Source of the DNA: Spirochaetia bacterium
Lineage (GTDB): Bacteria > Spirochaetota > Spirochaetia > DSM-2461
NCBI GenBank assembly: GCA_963668315.1
Contig: OY764216.1
Location: 2,912,001-2,976,000 of the forward strand
Length of the DNA: 64,000 nucleotides
Reading direction: 5' to 3'
Part shown: piece after piece, positions 1 through 10,431 of the stretch
Layout: every line of letters starts with the position of its first letter
Numbering within the stretch: position 1 is the stretch's first letter
Translations under genes and position numbers: made by a program
The notes under the pieces: generated by a model
Told to the model about the DNA's origin: nothing
Database searches by the model: none
Seen by the model: the letters and a program-made list of their open reading frames with translations, nothing else

Positions 1-1992
1 GTGTCCCACGGGCTGGACGAAGAGGAGGAACCCGACGACTTTGAGGATGAGGGGCTGGACGACGGCGAAGATTATGCCGATACCATCTTTGACGATGAAG
101 AACTGGGCGAAAGAATCGGCCGGGCGAAAAAGAAGAAGAAAACCGCCCTCAGCCGTTTTACCGTTGATCTGACCGCCATGGCGGAGGAGGGTAAGCTGGA
201 ACCCCTCATCGGGCGGCGTGAAATACTGGAAAGGACGATTCAGGTCCTCTGCCGCCGTCTGAAGAATAATCCCCTCCATGTGGGAGAGCCGGGTGTTGGT
301 AAAACGGCTATCTCCGAGGGGCTGGCCCAGCGCATCATCGAAGGAAGCGTGCCGGAGCAGCTCAGGGATTACCGTATTTACTCTCTTGATATGGGATCTC
401 TCCTGGCGGGAACCAAATACCGGGGCGACTTCGAAGAGCGGATGAAGCTTGTCATGGCCGAGCTGGCCGAAGAGGAGCGGGCGATTCTGTTTATCGATGA
501 GATACATACCATCGTGGGAGCCGGTTCCGTCTCGGGCGGTTCCATGGATGCTTCCAATCTGCTGAAGCCGGCTCTTGTGCGCGGCTCGCTCAAGTGTATC
601 GGTTCCACCACCTACGGGGAGTACAAAAAGTACTTCGAAAAGGACCACGCCCTGGCGAGGCGTTTTCAGAAAATCGATGTCCCCGAACCGAGCCACGAAG
701 AGACTCTGGAGATTCTCAAAGGGCTTAAGTCGGCCTTTGAGGAGCATCACCACGTGACCTATACCGATGAGGCTCTCGAAGGGGCAGTCAGGCTTTCCGC
801 CATTCATATACAGGAAAGGTTTCTGCCCGATAAGGCTATCGACCTGATTGACGAAGCCGGCTCATGGAAAGTGCTTTATGGAGATCCCTCCCGCGGGAAG
901 GAGACGGGTAAGAGTGAGGAAGAGAAGGATTACGGGGGAGACCTTTTTTCCGAGGATGATCTCCCCGAAAGCCCTCCCTCTTCCGATGAAAGCCGTATCG
1001 TCACACTGGAGGATGTGGAGAAGGTGGTGGCCCGCATCGCCCGTATTCCCGAGAAAAGCGTATCCTCCGATGAAAGGGGACAGCTCCAGGATCTCAAAGA
1101 CAGAATCTGTGCGAACATATTCGGCCAGGACAATGCGGTGGACAGCGTGGTCAAGGCCATCAAGCGCTCCCGGGCGGGCTTCGGGAAGCAGGAGAAGCCC
1201 GTGGCGTCCTTTCTTTTCGTCGGGCCTACCGGTGTGGGCAAGACGGAGCTGGCCCGCCAGCTGGCCGATGAGCTGGGCATCACCCTTCTGCGCTTTGATA
1301 TGAGCGAATACCAGGAGAAACATACCGTCTCCCGACTGATCGGATCGCCTCCGGGATATGTGGGATTCGAAGAGGGCGGTCTTCTCACCGAAGGGGTGAG
1401 GAAGCATCCCCATGCGGTTCTTCTTCTCGATGAGATAGAGAAAGCCCATCAGGATATCTATAATATACTGCTTCAGATCATGGATTACGCCACGGCAACG
1501 GATAATCAGGGCAGGAAGGCGGACTTCCGTCATATTATCCTCATCATGACTTCCAACGCAGGGGCGAGGAACATCGGGAAGCCTTCCATCGGTTTTACCG
1601 GCAGTACGGCTGACTGGGGGGTGGTCGACGAAGCGGTGGAAAAGACTTTCTCCCCCGAGTTCCGCAACCGGCTGGACCGTATTGTCCCCTTCGCCCACCT
1701 TCCCCAGGACGTGGTGGAAGATATTGTCCGCAAGGAGATCAAGGCCTTCCGCTCCGTTCTGGAAGAGAAAAACGTCATGCTTCAGATCACCAAGCAGGCC
1801 GTCACCTTCCTGGCTAAAAGCGGCTACTCCCCCGAGTTCGGTGCCCGGAATGTGTCCCGGATCATCGATGAGAAAATCAAGGAGTTCTTCGTCGATGCCG
1901 TACTCTTCGGGGATCTTTCCAGGGGAGGAACGGCCCGTGTCTCCGTTCAGGAGGACGATATCCGCATCGATATCGTGGAAACCGGTGAGTGA
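1..1992 (+). CDS. clpA: ATP-dependent Clp protease ATP-binding subunit ClpA (5' part outside window)
   Basis: Two AAA+ modules ([31 protein letters not shown]), no ClpB coiled-coil M domain, directly upstream of aat. Confidence 0.92.
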   Translation: MSHGLDEEEEPDDFEDEGLDDGEDYADTIFDDEELGERIGRAKKKKKTALSRFTVDLTAMAEEGKLEPLIGRREILERTIQVLCRRLKNNPLHVGEPGVGKTAISEGLAQRIIEGSVPEQLRDYRIYSLDMGSLLAGTKYRGDFEERMKLVMAELAEEERAILFIDEIHTIVGAGSVSGGSMDASNLLKPALVRGSLKCIGSTTYGEYKKYFEKDHALARRFQKIDVPEPSHEETLEILKGLKSAFEEHHHVTYTDEALEGAVRLSAIHIQERFLPDKAIDLIDEAGSWKVLYGDPSRGKETGKSEEEKDYGGDLFSEDDLPESPPSSDESRIVTLEDVEKVVARIARIPEKSVSSDERGQLQDLKDRICANIFGQDNAVDSVVKAIKRSRAGFGKQEKPVASFLFVGPTGVGKTELARQLADELGITLLRFDMSEYQEKHTVSRLIGSPPGYVGFEEGGLLTEGVRKHPHAVLLLDEIEKAHQDIYNILLQIMDYATATDNQGRKADFRHIILIMTSNAGARNIGKPSIGFTGSTADWGVVDEAVEKTFSPEFRNRLDRIVPFAHLPQDVVEDIVRKEIKAFRSVLEEKNVMLQITKQAVTFLAKSGYSPEFGARNVSRIIDEKIKEFFVDAVLFGDLSRGGTARVSVQEDDIRIDIVETGE

Positions 1993-2710
1993 GGGGGACT
2001 TCCCCTGGCTCGATACGGAGGACCGGGTGGAATTTCCCGATCCCGAGACGGCTGACAGGGACGGACTTGTCGGTGTAGGGGGCAATCTCTCTCCCGGCAT
2101 GCTGTTAAGCGCCTACTCCCAGGGCATCTTTCCCTGGTTCAATGAGGGTGAGCCGGTTCTGTGGTGGAGCCTGGACCCCCGTTTCGTCCTCTACCCCCGT
2201 AATATCCGCATATCCCGTTCCATGAAGAAGTTCATGAAAAAAGGGGAATACACCCTTAGCCTGGACAGGGATTTTCCCGGGGTTATACGGAATTGCAAGG
2301 AGATCCGCCGGAAGGGGCAGGGGGGCACCTGGATTACCGATGATATGGAAGCCGCCTATGTACGGCTTCATAGGGACGGATATGCCCATTCCGTGGAAGT
2401 GTGGCGGGATGATGAGCTGAAAGGCGGCCTGTACGGGATTTCCCTGGGCGCGGCTTTTTTCGGCGAGTCCATGTTTGCCCTGGAGCCCAATTGCTCAAAG
2501 CTGGCCCTCATTTATCTGGCCCGCATACTCAGGGAGCTGGATTTTGATATGATCGACTGCCAGCAGCATACGGAGCATCTGGGGTCTCTGGGGGCGGAGG
2601 ATCTTCCCCGCAAACGTTTTCTCAGAGAGCTGGACCGGTCATTGAACAAGCAGAAGACCTGGAAGGGCAACTGGGGAAAGTACACCCACCTGATCAAGGC
2701 GGCTCAATGA
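1985..2710 (+). CDS. aat: Leucyl/phenylalanyl-tRNA--protein transferase
   Basis: AYSQGIFPWF, WWSLDPR, AHSVEVW, FFGESMF, IDCQQ motifs; GTG start at 1985 overlapping the clpA end (the ORF-track start 1682 is too far upstream). Confidence 0.93.
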   Translation: MSEGDFPWLDTEDRVEFPDPETADRDGLVGVGGNLSPGMLLSAYSQGIFPWFNEGEPVLWWSLDPRFVLYPRNIRISRSMKKFMKKGEYTLSLDRDFPGVIRNCKEIRRKGQGGTWITDDMEAAYVRLHRDGYAHSVEVWRDDELKGGLYGISLGAAFFGESMFALEPNCSKLALIYLARILRELDFDMIDCQQHTEHLGSLGAEDLPRKRFLRELDRSLNKQKTWKGNWGKYTHLIKAAQ

Positions 2711-3699
2711 GGCACGCCGCGGCGGTACTCCTTTTTCTCCTCGCCTCTCTCCTTTGTGCCCAGGTTTCCGATATACCGGCCGCCCAGGCTTTTGCGGAGG
2801 AAGGACTGGCTCTTATAGAGGCGGAGCGCTACGGGGACGCCCTCCAGAAATTCCTTCTCGCCCGCGATCTGGACGGGGAGAATGAGCGGATAGAAGGGTA
2901 TATCACGTCTCTGAACCGTCTTATCACCCTTGAGAATTACCAGTCCGATTCGGAAAGCATTGACCGCTTCATCGAGGAACGGGAGAAAACCCGCGATGAG
3001 AAGAAAGAGGAATCTGAGCCTGTCGAAGGGGAAGTCGATTTTATCACCCAGGAACAGAATAAGGAAAAAGCGCGCCTAGATCGGGTGGTGGGGCTGATTA
3101 CTCTCCGCTTTCCCTTTCTGAATTCATCCAACGGCGACCCCCGGGTGGATAACGATCTGAGGCAGACGGGAGAGGTCTTCCAGGGGTTCTCCTACAGTCT
3201 CTCCTATTTCCCCGATATTTTTAACAGGACCATGGGGGTGGAAGGGGGATACGGCAGTTTTTCCATGGAAGTGAATGATGAGCTCAACCTCTATGATGAA
3301 GCCTACTGCGGTTTTGTCCTGCGCAATTATTTCAATGAGCAGCCCGGTTCCTACTCCCTTATCGGAACCCATTTCAATGTGGGTTTTTTCTTTCAGGAGA
3401 ATGTTGATGCCGAAGAGCGTCGGCTGCTTAATTTCTTCCGTTCCGAAGTTTTTCTCCACGATCCGCTTTTCTACCGATTCTTCAAATCCCCGGTTTTGAA
3501 GAACATTTCCGTGGACGGAACGTTCCAGATTACCTTTTTTGATGAGACCTATTTGCTCGCTTACGGAGGAGGCGGTACGGTGAAACTCGGAAGCCGTCTG
3601 GATCTGACGGCCAAATTCCTTTACCGAAACCTGATGGTTGACAATACCCCCTATCCCTCATGGACGACATTTATGGGGATAGACTACTCCTTCCGGTAG
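2707..3699 (+). CDS. Exported hypothetical protein: signal peptide, TPR-like N-region, beta-strand-rich C-region (possible outer-membrane barrel)
   Basis: Hydrophobic N-terminus; helical TPR-like segment; alternating aromatic/Gly strands ending GIDYSFR; ATGA overlap with aat. Confidence 0.6.
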   Translation: MRHAAAVLLFLLASLLCAQVSDIPAAQAFAEEGLALIEAERYGDALQKFLLARDLDGENERIEGYITSLNRLITLENYQSDSESIDRFIEEREKTRDEKKEESEPVEGEVDFITQEQNKEKARLDRVVGLITLRFPFLNSSNGDPRVDNDLRQTGEVFQGFSYSLSYFPDIFNRTMGVEGGYGSFSMEVNDELNLYDEAYCGFVLRNYFNEQPGSYSLIGTHFNVGFFFQENVDAEERRLLNFFRSEVFLHDPLFYRFFKSPVLKNISVDGTFQITFFDETYLLAYGGGGTVKLGSRLDLTAKFLYRNLMVDNTPYPSWTTFMGIDYSFR

Positions 3700-4868
3700 A
3701 TATTGGAATTGAGAAATTCGGTCCAGAGCTCTTTGGCACGGCTTTCGGAGAGACAGCACTCTATGCTCTCTTCATCAAGGGCGGCTTTGAGCAGTTCTTC
3801 AAATGTCACATCGTTTGGTTCCGAAGCGGGGACGAATCCTTTCTGATCTGTTTTAATAATAAGAACGTAACGGATGAGCCTGTCCAGCAGTACGAGCAGT
3901 TCCATTTCGGGAAGGCCCGTGAAGGCCGCCAGATCCTCAAGCTGGGGCGGTTTCCTTTTCTCCTTGAATTCCCGGACCACCTCCATGTAAACCTCCATGG
4001 CCATGACGGTCTGCAGTGACGGGGCATATCTGTTCTCTTCGAAATAGAGAAGGTATTTCGGGTGCTGGTGGAGATAGGCAATCTCCAGGGAGGATAATAT
4101 GATTATCCATGCCAGGTTGATCCAGATGAACAGGAGGGGAATCAGAAAGAGCGAGCCGTAGATAACCGAATTTCTTATGGAATAGGTCGCCCAGAGGGAA
4201 AATCCTTTCTTTGCCAGCTCCCAGACGACAGCCCCTGTAAAGGCGCCGGTAAGGGCGCTTTTCCATTTCATCCGTGCCGATGATACGAACATCATGAGAA
4301 GGAGTATGGTCACTCCAATAAGGACGATGGAGCCAAGCGATGAGAGAACCATCCTGAAGGTGGTGAACTCTTCGGGCAGTTTCAGTGTCATGATCTCTAT
4401 TAAGTCATTGGTCAGGGAGAAGCTGCTTCCTATGGTAAGGGTTCCGACAATTAACGTTACTATGTAGATGGCCAGACGGGTGAGCAGACTCTTGTTCGGC
4501 CGGGCCCTGAGAAGGGCATTCACATCGATCTCGATCTTGTTGATGAGAAGAAAAACCACCACAATGGTAATGGCCAGACCCCATGACCCCAGTTTGCGGC
4601 TGTTTTCCGCAAAGGATGTGAGCTGGTCAAAAATATATTCCTGGCTGGTCGGCAGGATCGTCATGGTGATATAGTCTTTGATGGGCCCTTCCACCAGCTC
4701 CCGGGAACCGAAGGAGATCAGCATGGCCATGAGAGGCACCATGGCAAGAATTGTCGTATAGGCCAGTGAAGACGCTTTCGCCGGTATCCTGTCGCTGATG
4801 ATCAGTTTCAGGAGAGTTTTCAGGTAGTCGAGAGGAGTAATTTTCTCCTTCGGGTACAGGATGCTCAT
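3684..4868 (-). CDS. YihY/virulence factor BrkB family membrane protein with C-terminal wHTH
   Basis: ASSLAYTTILAMVPL, YGSLFLIPLLFIWINLAWII motifs; about 6 TM helices; start 4868 or 4871. Confidence 0.85.
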   Translation of the reverse strand: MSILYPKEKITPLDYLKTLLKLIISDRIPAKASSLAYTTILAMVPLMAMLISFGSRELVEGPIKDYITMTILPTSQEYIFDQLTSFAENSRKLGSWGLAITIVVVFLLINKIEIDVNALLRARPNKSLLTRLAIYIVTLIVGTLTIGSSFSLTNDLIEIMTLKLPEEFTTFRMVLSSLGSIVLIGVTILLLMMFVSSARMKWKSALTGAFTGAVVWELAKKGFSLWATYSIRNSVIYGSLFLIPLLFIWINLAWIIILSSLEIAYLHQHPKYLLYFEENRYAPSLQTVMAMEVYMEVVREFKEKRKPPQLEDLAAFTGLPEMELLVLLDRLIRYVLIIKTDQKGFVPASEPNDVTFEELLKAALDEESIECCLSESRAKELWTEFLNSNIYRKE

Positions 4869-4908
4869 CATTCAATCATAGCCGATGGCATCCTGATTGG
4901 CAACAGCT

Positions 4909-6561
4909 TTATTCCCGGTCCAATCCGTTCATGATGAGAAACGCCGCCAGGGAGATCAGAATAAGAAGGGTTCCCATGGCGCAGGCTCCCGGATAGTTGT
5001 AACTGCCTATGAGCCGGTAAACGGCAATGGGAATGGTTATACGGTTGGGGGGGGCCAGAATAAGGACGGCATTGATCTCACCCATGGAGAGGGCGAAGGC
5101 GAAGATCGCCCCCGAAACCAGGGACCTGGCCAACAGGGGAAGCTCGATGTACAGGAGGGTCTGCCACTCTCCGGCTCCCTGGATAAGGGCCGATTCCCTG
5201 AGGCTCCTGTCCATCTGTCCCAGGGCGGTGGCTATACTTCGGTAGACGAAGGGCAGAGCGATGAACGTATGGGCCATAATGACGGACAGATCGGACAGGA
5301 AGGGACCGGTTCGCAGGCGGGAGGAGATCAGAAGATAGCCCAGGGCGGTGACGATGGAGGAGATCCCCATGGGAAGGAGAAGGAGCAGCTCGGTAAGACC
5401 GGGAAGGATCATTTTCTTCCTGTGAGAGAGAAAAGCGGCTCCCGTTCCCGTCATCAGGGTGAGGCATGTCGTCCATCCCCCGTAAAAAAGGCTGTTTTTC
5501 AGCGCCCGGAACGTGACTTCCGCTCCCGTTCTGCCCGTGGGGGAGAAGAGCCGCCTGTACCAGAAAAGGGATAACTGCGGTTCCGCCGTACGGGAAGGGG
5601 TGTACTGGAAGGAACGGGCTATCAGGGAGAGCATGGGACCGCCGAAGAACAGTGCCGAGAGAAGGAGATAGAGAAGAAGGAGAGGCAGGGCTCTGCGTCC
5701 GATTTTCCGGGGACGCAGGGTTTCTTCCGAGGAAAGGTCCTCCTCCTGACTGCTCTTTTTCAGATAAAAGAAAATGGCCAGGAGACAGATCAGGGTCTCT
5801 CCCGCCGCCAGGGCGCTACCCAGGGGGAAATCCAGGTTGAATTTTATCTGCCGGTAGATTTCCACTTCGAGCGTGCTGTACCGGGGGCCTCCCCCCAGGA
5901 CCAGTATGATGGCGAAACTGAGGAAGCAGTAAAGAAAGATGATCAGCAGAGAGGATGCGGCGGAGGGGGCAAGGCGGGGCAGGGTCACATGGCGGAACGT
6001 CTGGAACCGGGATGCTCCCAGGGTAGAGGCCGCTTCGTAATGGCTGCGGGGAAGGGATGACCACTGGGTGTAGAGATAGCGGAGCGCCAGGGGAACATTA
6101 TAGAAAACATGGGCAAGGATGATGGCCTTGAAGGAGTAGAGGAGAGAGAGGGGCGGTTCCTCCCAGTGAAGAAGGGACATGAGGAAGCCGTTGACCGTTC
6201 CCCTGTTCCCCCAGAAAATGACAAAGCCCAGAACCACGAGGATGGGAGGGAGTATAAAGGAGAGGGTGGTCAATGAGAGGAGAGCCTTCTTTCCGGTGAA
6301 ATCGTAATGGACGAACAGGGCGGCGCAGGGAAATGCCACCGCCAGAGACAGAAGGGCGCTCAGAAGGGCCTGGCCCAGGGTGACGAGCGCCAGCCTGCCG
6401 TAGTAGGGGTCTGTCAGAATCTGTGCGAAATTGCCCCAGCCCGGCCGGCCGTCCCGGAAGAACGCCTGAATGAGGATCATCAGGACCGGCAGGTAGAACA
6501 GGGCAAGCCAGCCGAGGAGGGCTGACCCGGGAATCTTCCGGACAAGGCGGGGCAGAATCAT
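4909..6561 (-). CDS. thiP: Thiamine ABC transporter permease ThiP
   Basis: Duplicated permease with two EAA motifs (EAASTLGA, ESALIQGA), AHVFYNVP; follows thiB and a TPP riboswitch. Confidence 0.85.
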   Translation of the reverse strand: MILPRLVRKIPGSALLGWLALFYLPVLMILIQAFFRDGRPGWGNFAQILTDPYYGRLALVTLGQALLSALLSLAVAFPCAALFVHYDFTGKKALLSLTTLSFILPPILVVLGFVIFWGNRGTVNGFLMSLLHWEEPPLSLLYSFKAIILAHVFYNVPLALRYLYTQWSSLPRSHYEAASTLGASRFQTFRHVTLPRLAPSAASSLLIIFLYCFLSFAIILVLGGGPRYSTLEVEIYRQIKFNLDFPLGSALAAGETLICLLAIFFYLKKSSQEEDLSSEETLRPRKIGRRALPLLLLYLLLSALFFGGPMLSLIARSFQYTPSRTAEPQLSLFWYRRLFSPTGRTGAEVTFRALKNSLFYGGWTTCLTLMTGTGAAFLSHRKKMILPGLTELLLLLPMGISSIVTALGYLLISSRLRTGPFLSDLSVIMAHTFIALPFVYRSIATALGQMDRSLRESALIQGAGEWQTLLYIELPLLARSLVSGAIFAFALSMGEINAVLILAPPNRITIPIAVYRLIGSYNYPGACAMGTLLILISLAAFLIMNGLDRE

Positions 6562-6562
6562 A

Positions 6563-7600
6563 TCAGCGGGAAACGGTCTCCACCCACTCTCTGATCCATC
6601 TTTCCGAATTGGCTTCGATAAGTTCGTCGGAGAGCATGAGGGGTTTATCCGATTTCAGGGCGTAATCATAGGAAGGGGGGAGAGGGGTGGAAGAGACCAC
6701 GGGGAACATGGTGTTGGACATGGCCAGGGTATTCTGCGACTCTTCGGTGAGCATAAAATCGATGAACTTTTCCGCAGCCTCCCTGTTGGCCGTGCCCTTG
6801 AGGATGCCCATTCCCTCGATCTGGATATAGTTCCCCTCTTCGAACATCAACGCCTGGTATCTTGTTGTGTCCTCCCACTGAACATGGTAGGCCGGCGAGG
6901 TGCTGTAACTGAGAACGAGGGGAGCCTCCCCTGCCGTGAAAAGACCGTAGCCCGTGCTCCAGCTGTCGCTGATCGTGAGGATATTGGGAGCCAGCTGTTC
7001 CCAGTAGCTTTTCCAGCCGTCTTCACCGAAGGCGTCTATCGTCCAGAGAAGGAAACCCATGCCCGGCGTGGAGGTGCGCGGGTCCATGAGGACAACGCTG
7101 TCCTTGAAGCGGGGATCGGTCAGTTCGGTCAGGGAGCGGGGAGGATCGGTCAGGGTTTCCGTATCATAGCAGAGGGCGAAGAACCCCCAGTCGAAGGGGA
7201 CGAGGTGGAAGGATTTGTCGTAAATCAGATTCTCCGCCACTCCGGAAATCCCCTCCGGCTTATAGGGAGAGAGGATATCCTCAGAGAGAGCTCTGGTCAG
7301 GAGGTTGTTGTCCAGGCCGATAATGACGTCCCCCCGGGGAGCCGCCTTCTCCATGATGGCCTTAGTCATCACGGTAACCGCGTCACCGGGCGCTTCGAGG
7401 TTCACTTTGATTCCGTACTCTTTTTCAAAATTTTCCGCAATAATAGGGCCGGGGCCCCAGTCGGAGGCGAAGGAGTCGTAGCAATAAACGGTCAATTGTG
7501 CCGGTTGCTGACTCTGGGTGGATGATTCTTCACTTTTCGCCATGGAAAAAAGGGAGAATCCCGAAAGGATACAGAAAAAATAAAGACATAACTTTTTCAT
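6563..7600 (-). CDS. thiB: Thiamine ABC transporter substrate-binding protein
   Basis: YDSFASDWGPGP, DPRTSTPG, VLSYSTSPAYH motifs; ATG at 7600 with SD and signal peptide. Confidence 0.9.
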   Translation of the reverse strand: MKKLCLYFFCILSGFSLFSMAKSEESSTQSQQPAQLTVYCYDSFASDWGPGPIIAENFEKEYGIKVNLEAPGDAVTVMTKAIMEKAAPRGDVIIGLDNNLLTRALSEDILSPYKPEGISGVAENLIYDKSFHLVPFDWGFFALCYDTETLTDPPRSLTELTDPRFKDSVVLMDPRTSTPGMGFLLWTIDAFGEDGWKSYWEQLAPNILTISDSWSTGYGLFTAGEAPLVLSYSTSPAYHVQWEDTTRYQALMFEEGNYIQIEGMGILKGTANREAAEKFIDFMLTEESQNTLAMSNTMFPVVSSTPLPPSYDYALKSDKPLMLSDELIEANSERWIREWVETVSR

Positions 7601-7660
7601 AAGAAAAGCTCCTTTGATAAGGAAAATATGTCCCCGATGTGATGATAATAGAAAGGATGG

Positions 7661-7745
7661 GAATCCGCTACCTACGCCGGTATTATCCGGTTCAGGTTCT
7701 ATGGGTTTCATCTCAGGCCCTCAACAAGGACCACCCCAGGGATTG
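7661..7745 (-). promoter_or_regulatory. TPP riboswitch
   Basis: Minus strand reads GGGG...CTGAGATGAAACCC...ACCTGAACCGGATAATACCGGCGTAGG with AATCC/GGATT P1; upstream of thiBP. Confidence 0.95.
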
Positions 7746-7809
7746 AAAAAAGAATAGCCAAAAGAGAAAAAAAGATCAAGCCGTCAGGCTCTTCCCCTTT
7801 GTCCGTTTC

Positions 7810-7838
7810 TTGACATTGATTTAGGCACGCCTTATACT
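7810..7838 (+). promoter_or_regulatory. Sigma70 promoter of pgsA (probably leaderless transcript)
   Basis: TTGACA-17-TATACT, 7 nt before the ATG at 7846, no SD. Confidence 0.75.
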
Positions 7839-7845
7839 CGGGGCT

Positions 7846-8427
7846 ATGAATACGGCCACTAAAATTACCCTTTCGCGTTTTATCATCACCCCTTTGTTCT
7901 TTCTGGGGTTTTATTTTTTTATCTACCTCTCAGGAGGAGAACCTTCCCCGGCGGGACTGATCCTTTTGTGGATACTTTTCGCGGTCAGCGAAGTTTCCGA
8001 CGTTCTGGACGGACATATCGCCCGCAAGTACAACCAGGTTACCGATCTGGGCAAGCTGATGGATCCCTTTGCGGATGTGATCTTCCGGGTCACCTATTTT
8101 GTCTGCTTCGCCGCGTCCGGCTGGATTCCCTGGTGGGCCGTCATGATTATTCTCTGGCGGGAATTCACCATTATGTTCATCCGTACCCTTCTCATGAAGG
8201 AAGGGACAGCCCTGGCCGCCCGTTTCTGGGGTAAATTCAAGGCGGTATTCTACTTCCTTACCGGACTGGCCGGAATGATCTATGTGACCCTTTCCCGATT
8301 AACAACCTCCTTCCAGGAGGCGGGATTGATCGTCATGTACCTGCTGGCGGGACTCTCGGCCCTCTTTGCACTTATCTCTCTGATCAGTTATCTCATCCTC
8401 TTCGCAGGGAGAAACAAGGGAAAATAA
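7846..8427 (+). CDS. pgsA: CDP-diacylglycerol--glycerol-3-phosphate 3-phosphatidyltransferase
   Basis: DVLDGHIARKYNQVTDLGKLMDPFAD CDP-alcohol phosphotransferase motif. Confidence 0.9.
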   Translation: MNTATKITLSRFIITPLFFLGFYFFIYLSGGEPSPAGLILLWILFAVSEVSDVLDGHIARKYNQVTDLGKLMDPFADVIFRVTYFVCFAASGWIPWWAVMIILWREFTIMFIRTLLMKEGTALAARFWGKFKAVFYFLTGLAGMIYVTLSRLTTSFQEAGLIVMYLLAGLSALFALISLISYLILFAGRNKGK

Positions 8428-8445
8428 TTATTTTTCCCCGGGAGA

Positions 8446-8486
8446 TTGACGAACTTTCCTAGCATCACTATATTAGATGGGACTAA
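8446..8486 (+). promoter_or_regulatory. feoB promoter with overlapping palindrome (candidate DtxR-family operator)
   Basis: TTGACG-17-TATATT; TTAG-atggga-CTAA at 8473-8486. Confidence 0.6.
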
Positions 8487-8508
8487 CAAAGGAATAAGGA
8501 AGTAATTC

Positions 8509-10431
8509 GTGAAGAATGTACTATTCACCGGTCTCCCGAACAGCGGGAAAACCCATATATTCAATGGCCTGACCGGAAGCTATGACATCGAAGCCAATTA
8601 TGCCTACACCACCATGGATTTCCGCGAAAGAGTGATTACTCTCTCCGGGGAGGAGTGGTGTCTGACCGATAGTCCCGGTTTTCACGGCTTGTACATTCAT
8701 TCCGAGGAGGAGATGCTCCTTCGCGAGTATATCTACAGGAACAAGCCCGATGTTCTTCTTCACTGCATCGATACGGGCCGTTTCAAACAGGGCCTGCTGC
8801 TGGCCCTGGATCTGGCCACCCTGTCCATTCCCATGGTTATCGTCATAAACAATGTGGATAACACCGCTTCGGGGGGAATGATCATTTCCCCGGAAAAACT
8901 GTCCGCGGAAACGGGGATACCCGTGGTCGAGGAGGATACCTTCTCATTCAGGGAGACGGCGGTTATCGGCAACGCCCTGAAAGAGGCATCCCTCCTTAAA
9001 CCGGCCGATCTGCCTGAGCGGGAAAAGCGTCTGCTCGGGGAGTTCGAAGAGAATCTTTTCCCCCTGAACATTCCCTTTAAAAGAACGACGGCCCTTCTTA
9101 TGCTCCAGAACGATGATACTCTGGAACCCTCTCTCCTTTCCCTTACCGGCGAAGAGCTGGCCCGCCTGAAAAGACTGGGGCAGCATATGATTTTCGGGAG
9201 GACAAGGGAGGATTTCAACGCCCAGGTTCTCCGGAGCCGGCAGGAACGGGTGGATCTGCTGGCCGAAGCCTGCCTCCGGGCCAAGGGTTCCTGGAAGGAG
9301 GATTTTCCCGAAAAGCTGGCGGCCATCAGCCGTCATCCCGTGTACGGTCTTCCCCTTCTGGCTCTGACCCTTGTCTCCGGTTATCTTCTTGTCGTCAATC
9401 TGGCAGGTTTCCTGGAAGGGCTTCTTTCCGGTTTTATCTTTGATCCCCTGGTCACCTATCTGTCGGCGCGGATCAATCCGCCTTTTCTCAGGGACATGCT
9501 GGTCGGGGAGTACGGCATCATCACCCTGGGACTTATCGCCGCCCTGGCCACGGTCCTTCCTGTCCTGACGGTCTTTTTTTTCTTTTTCGCCATTATCGAA
9601 GATACGGGCTATCTTCCCAATCTCATGGTTCTTCTGCGGAGGATGGGCGAAAAGCTCGGCCTCTCCGGTAAATCCCTTATGCCCCTGCTGCTGGGGTTCG
9701 GCTGCAAGACCATGGCCACCCTCTCTACGAAAACCATATCCAACAGGAAAGAGAAGCTCATCGCCATATTTCTCATAGGCTTCGCCATCCCCTGTTCCGC
9801 TCAGATGGGCTTGAATATGGCCATCCTGGGGCAGGCGGGAATCGCCGCCTTCCTCGTGGCTCTGATTTTTCTTGTCATGGCGGAAACGGGAGCGGGGCTG
9901 ATTCTCAACCGTATCCTCCCTGAACAGTCGGGTATGCCCTTTATTCAGGAACTGCCGCCCTTCCGCTGGCCCCGCCCGGCGGCGCTCTTCAGGAAAACCG
10001 GTTTCCGCATTATGAATTTTCTGCAGGAATCTCTCATCGTTTTCCTTATCGCCGCGATCTGTCTCTATCTGCTGGATATTACGGGCCTTCTGCTGGCGCT
10101 GAAAAGGCTGGCTTCGCCCATCGTCGTCCACTGGCTGGGCCTGCCGATAGACATGGTGGAGGGGCTGCTTCTCATTCTGGCTCGGAACGAAGCGGGTGCC
10201 GGTTACATCCTGCGCCTGGCATCGGAGGGCGGATTGACCGTACGGCAGACGATTCTGGCCGTTGTTCTGACCACCATGTTTGTTCCCTGTTTCGCCAATA
10301 TGGTCGCCATGGTGCGGGAAAGCGGAAAAAAAATCGGCCTCTTAATGATTCTGGCCATCAATATCTCTTCCCTGCTTCTGGCGGGAGGGCTTAATTTTCT
10401 GATACAGCTGGTCTGGAAGGGGGCCCAATGA
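8509..10431 (+). CDS. feoB: Ferrous iron transporter FeoB
   Basis: G1 GLPNSGKT, G3 DSPG, EDTGYL, GFGC, IPCSAQ gate motifs, FIQELPPFRWP. Confidence 0.88.
   Translation: MKNVLFTGLPNSGKTHIFNGLTGSYDIEANYAYTTMDFRERVITLSGEEWCLTDSPGFHGLYIHSEEEMLLREYIYRNKPDVLLHCIDTGRFKQGLLLALDLATLSIPMVIVINNVDNTASGGMIISPEKLSAETGIPVVEEDTFSFRETAVIGNALKEASLLKPADLPEREKRLLGEFEENLFPLNIPFKRTTALLMLQNDDTLEPSLLSLTGEELARLKRLGQHMIFGRTREDFNAQVLRSRQERVDLLAEACLRAKGSWKEDFPEKLAAISRHPVYGLPLLALTLVSGYLLVVNLAGFLEGLLSGFIFDPLVTYLSARINPPFLRDMLVGEYGIITLGLIAALATVLPVLTVFFFFFAIIEDTGYLPNLMVLLRRMGEKLGLSGKSLMPLLLGFGCKTMATLSTKTISNRKEKLIAIFLIGFAIPCSAQMGLNMAILGQAGIAAFLVALIFLVMAETGAGLILNRILPEQSGMPFIQELPPFRWPRPAALFRKTGFRIMNFLQESLIVFLIAAICLYLLDITGLLLALKRLASPIVVHWLGLPIDMVEGLLLILARNEAGAGYILRLASEGGLTVRQTILAVVLTTMFVPCFANMVAMVRESGKKIGLLMILAINISSLLLAGGLNFLIQLVWKGAQ

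Noticed and set aside
862..2100. 412-aa minus-strand ORF
   Set aside because: Antisense shadow of clpA; such shadows are common in GC3-rich genes and it has no motifs
7601..7711. N-terminal extension of thiB in the ORF track
   Set aside because: Runs through the TPP riboswitch; SD and signal peptide indicate ATG 7600
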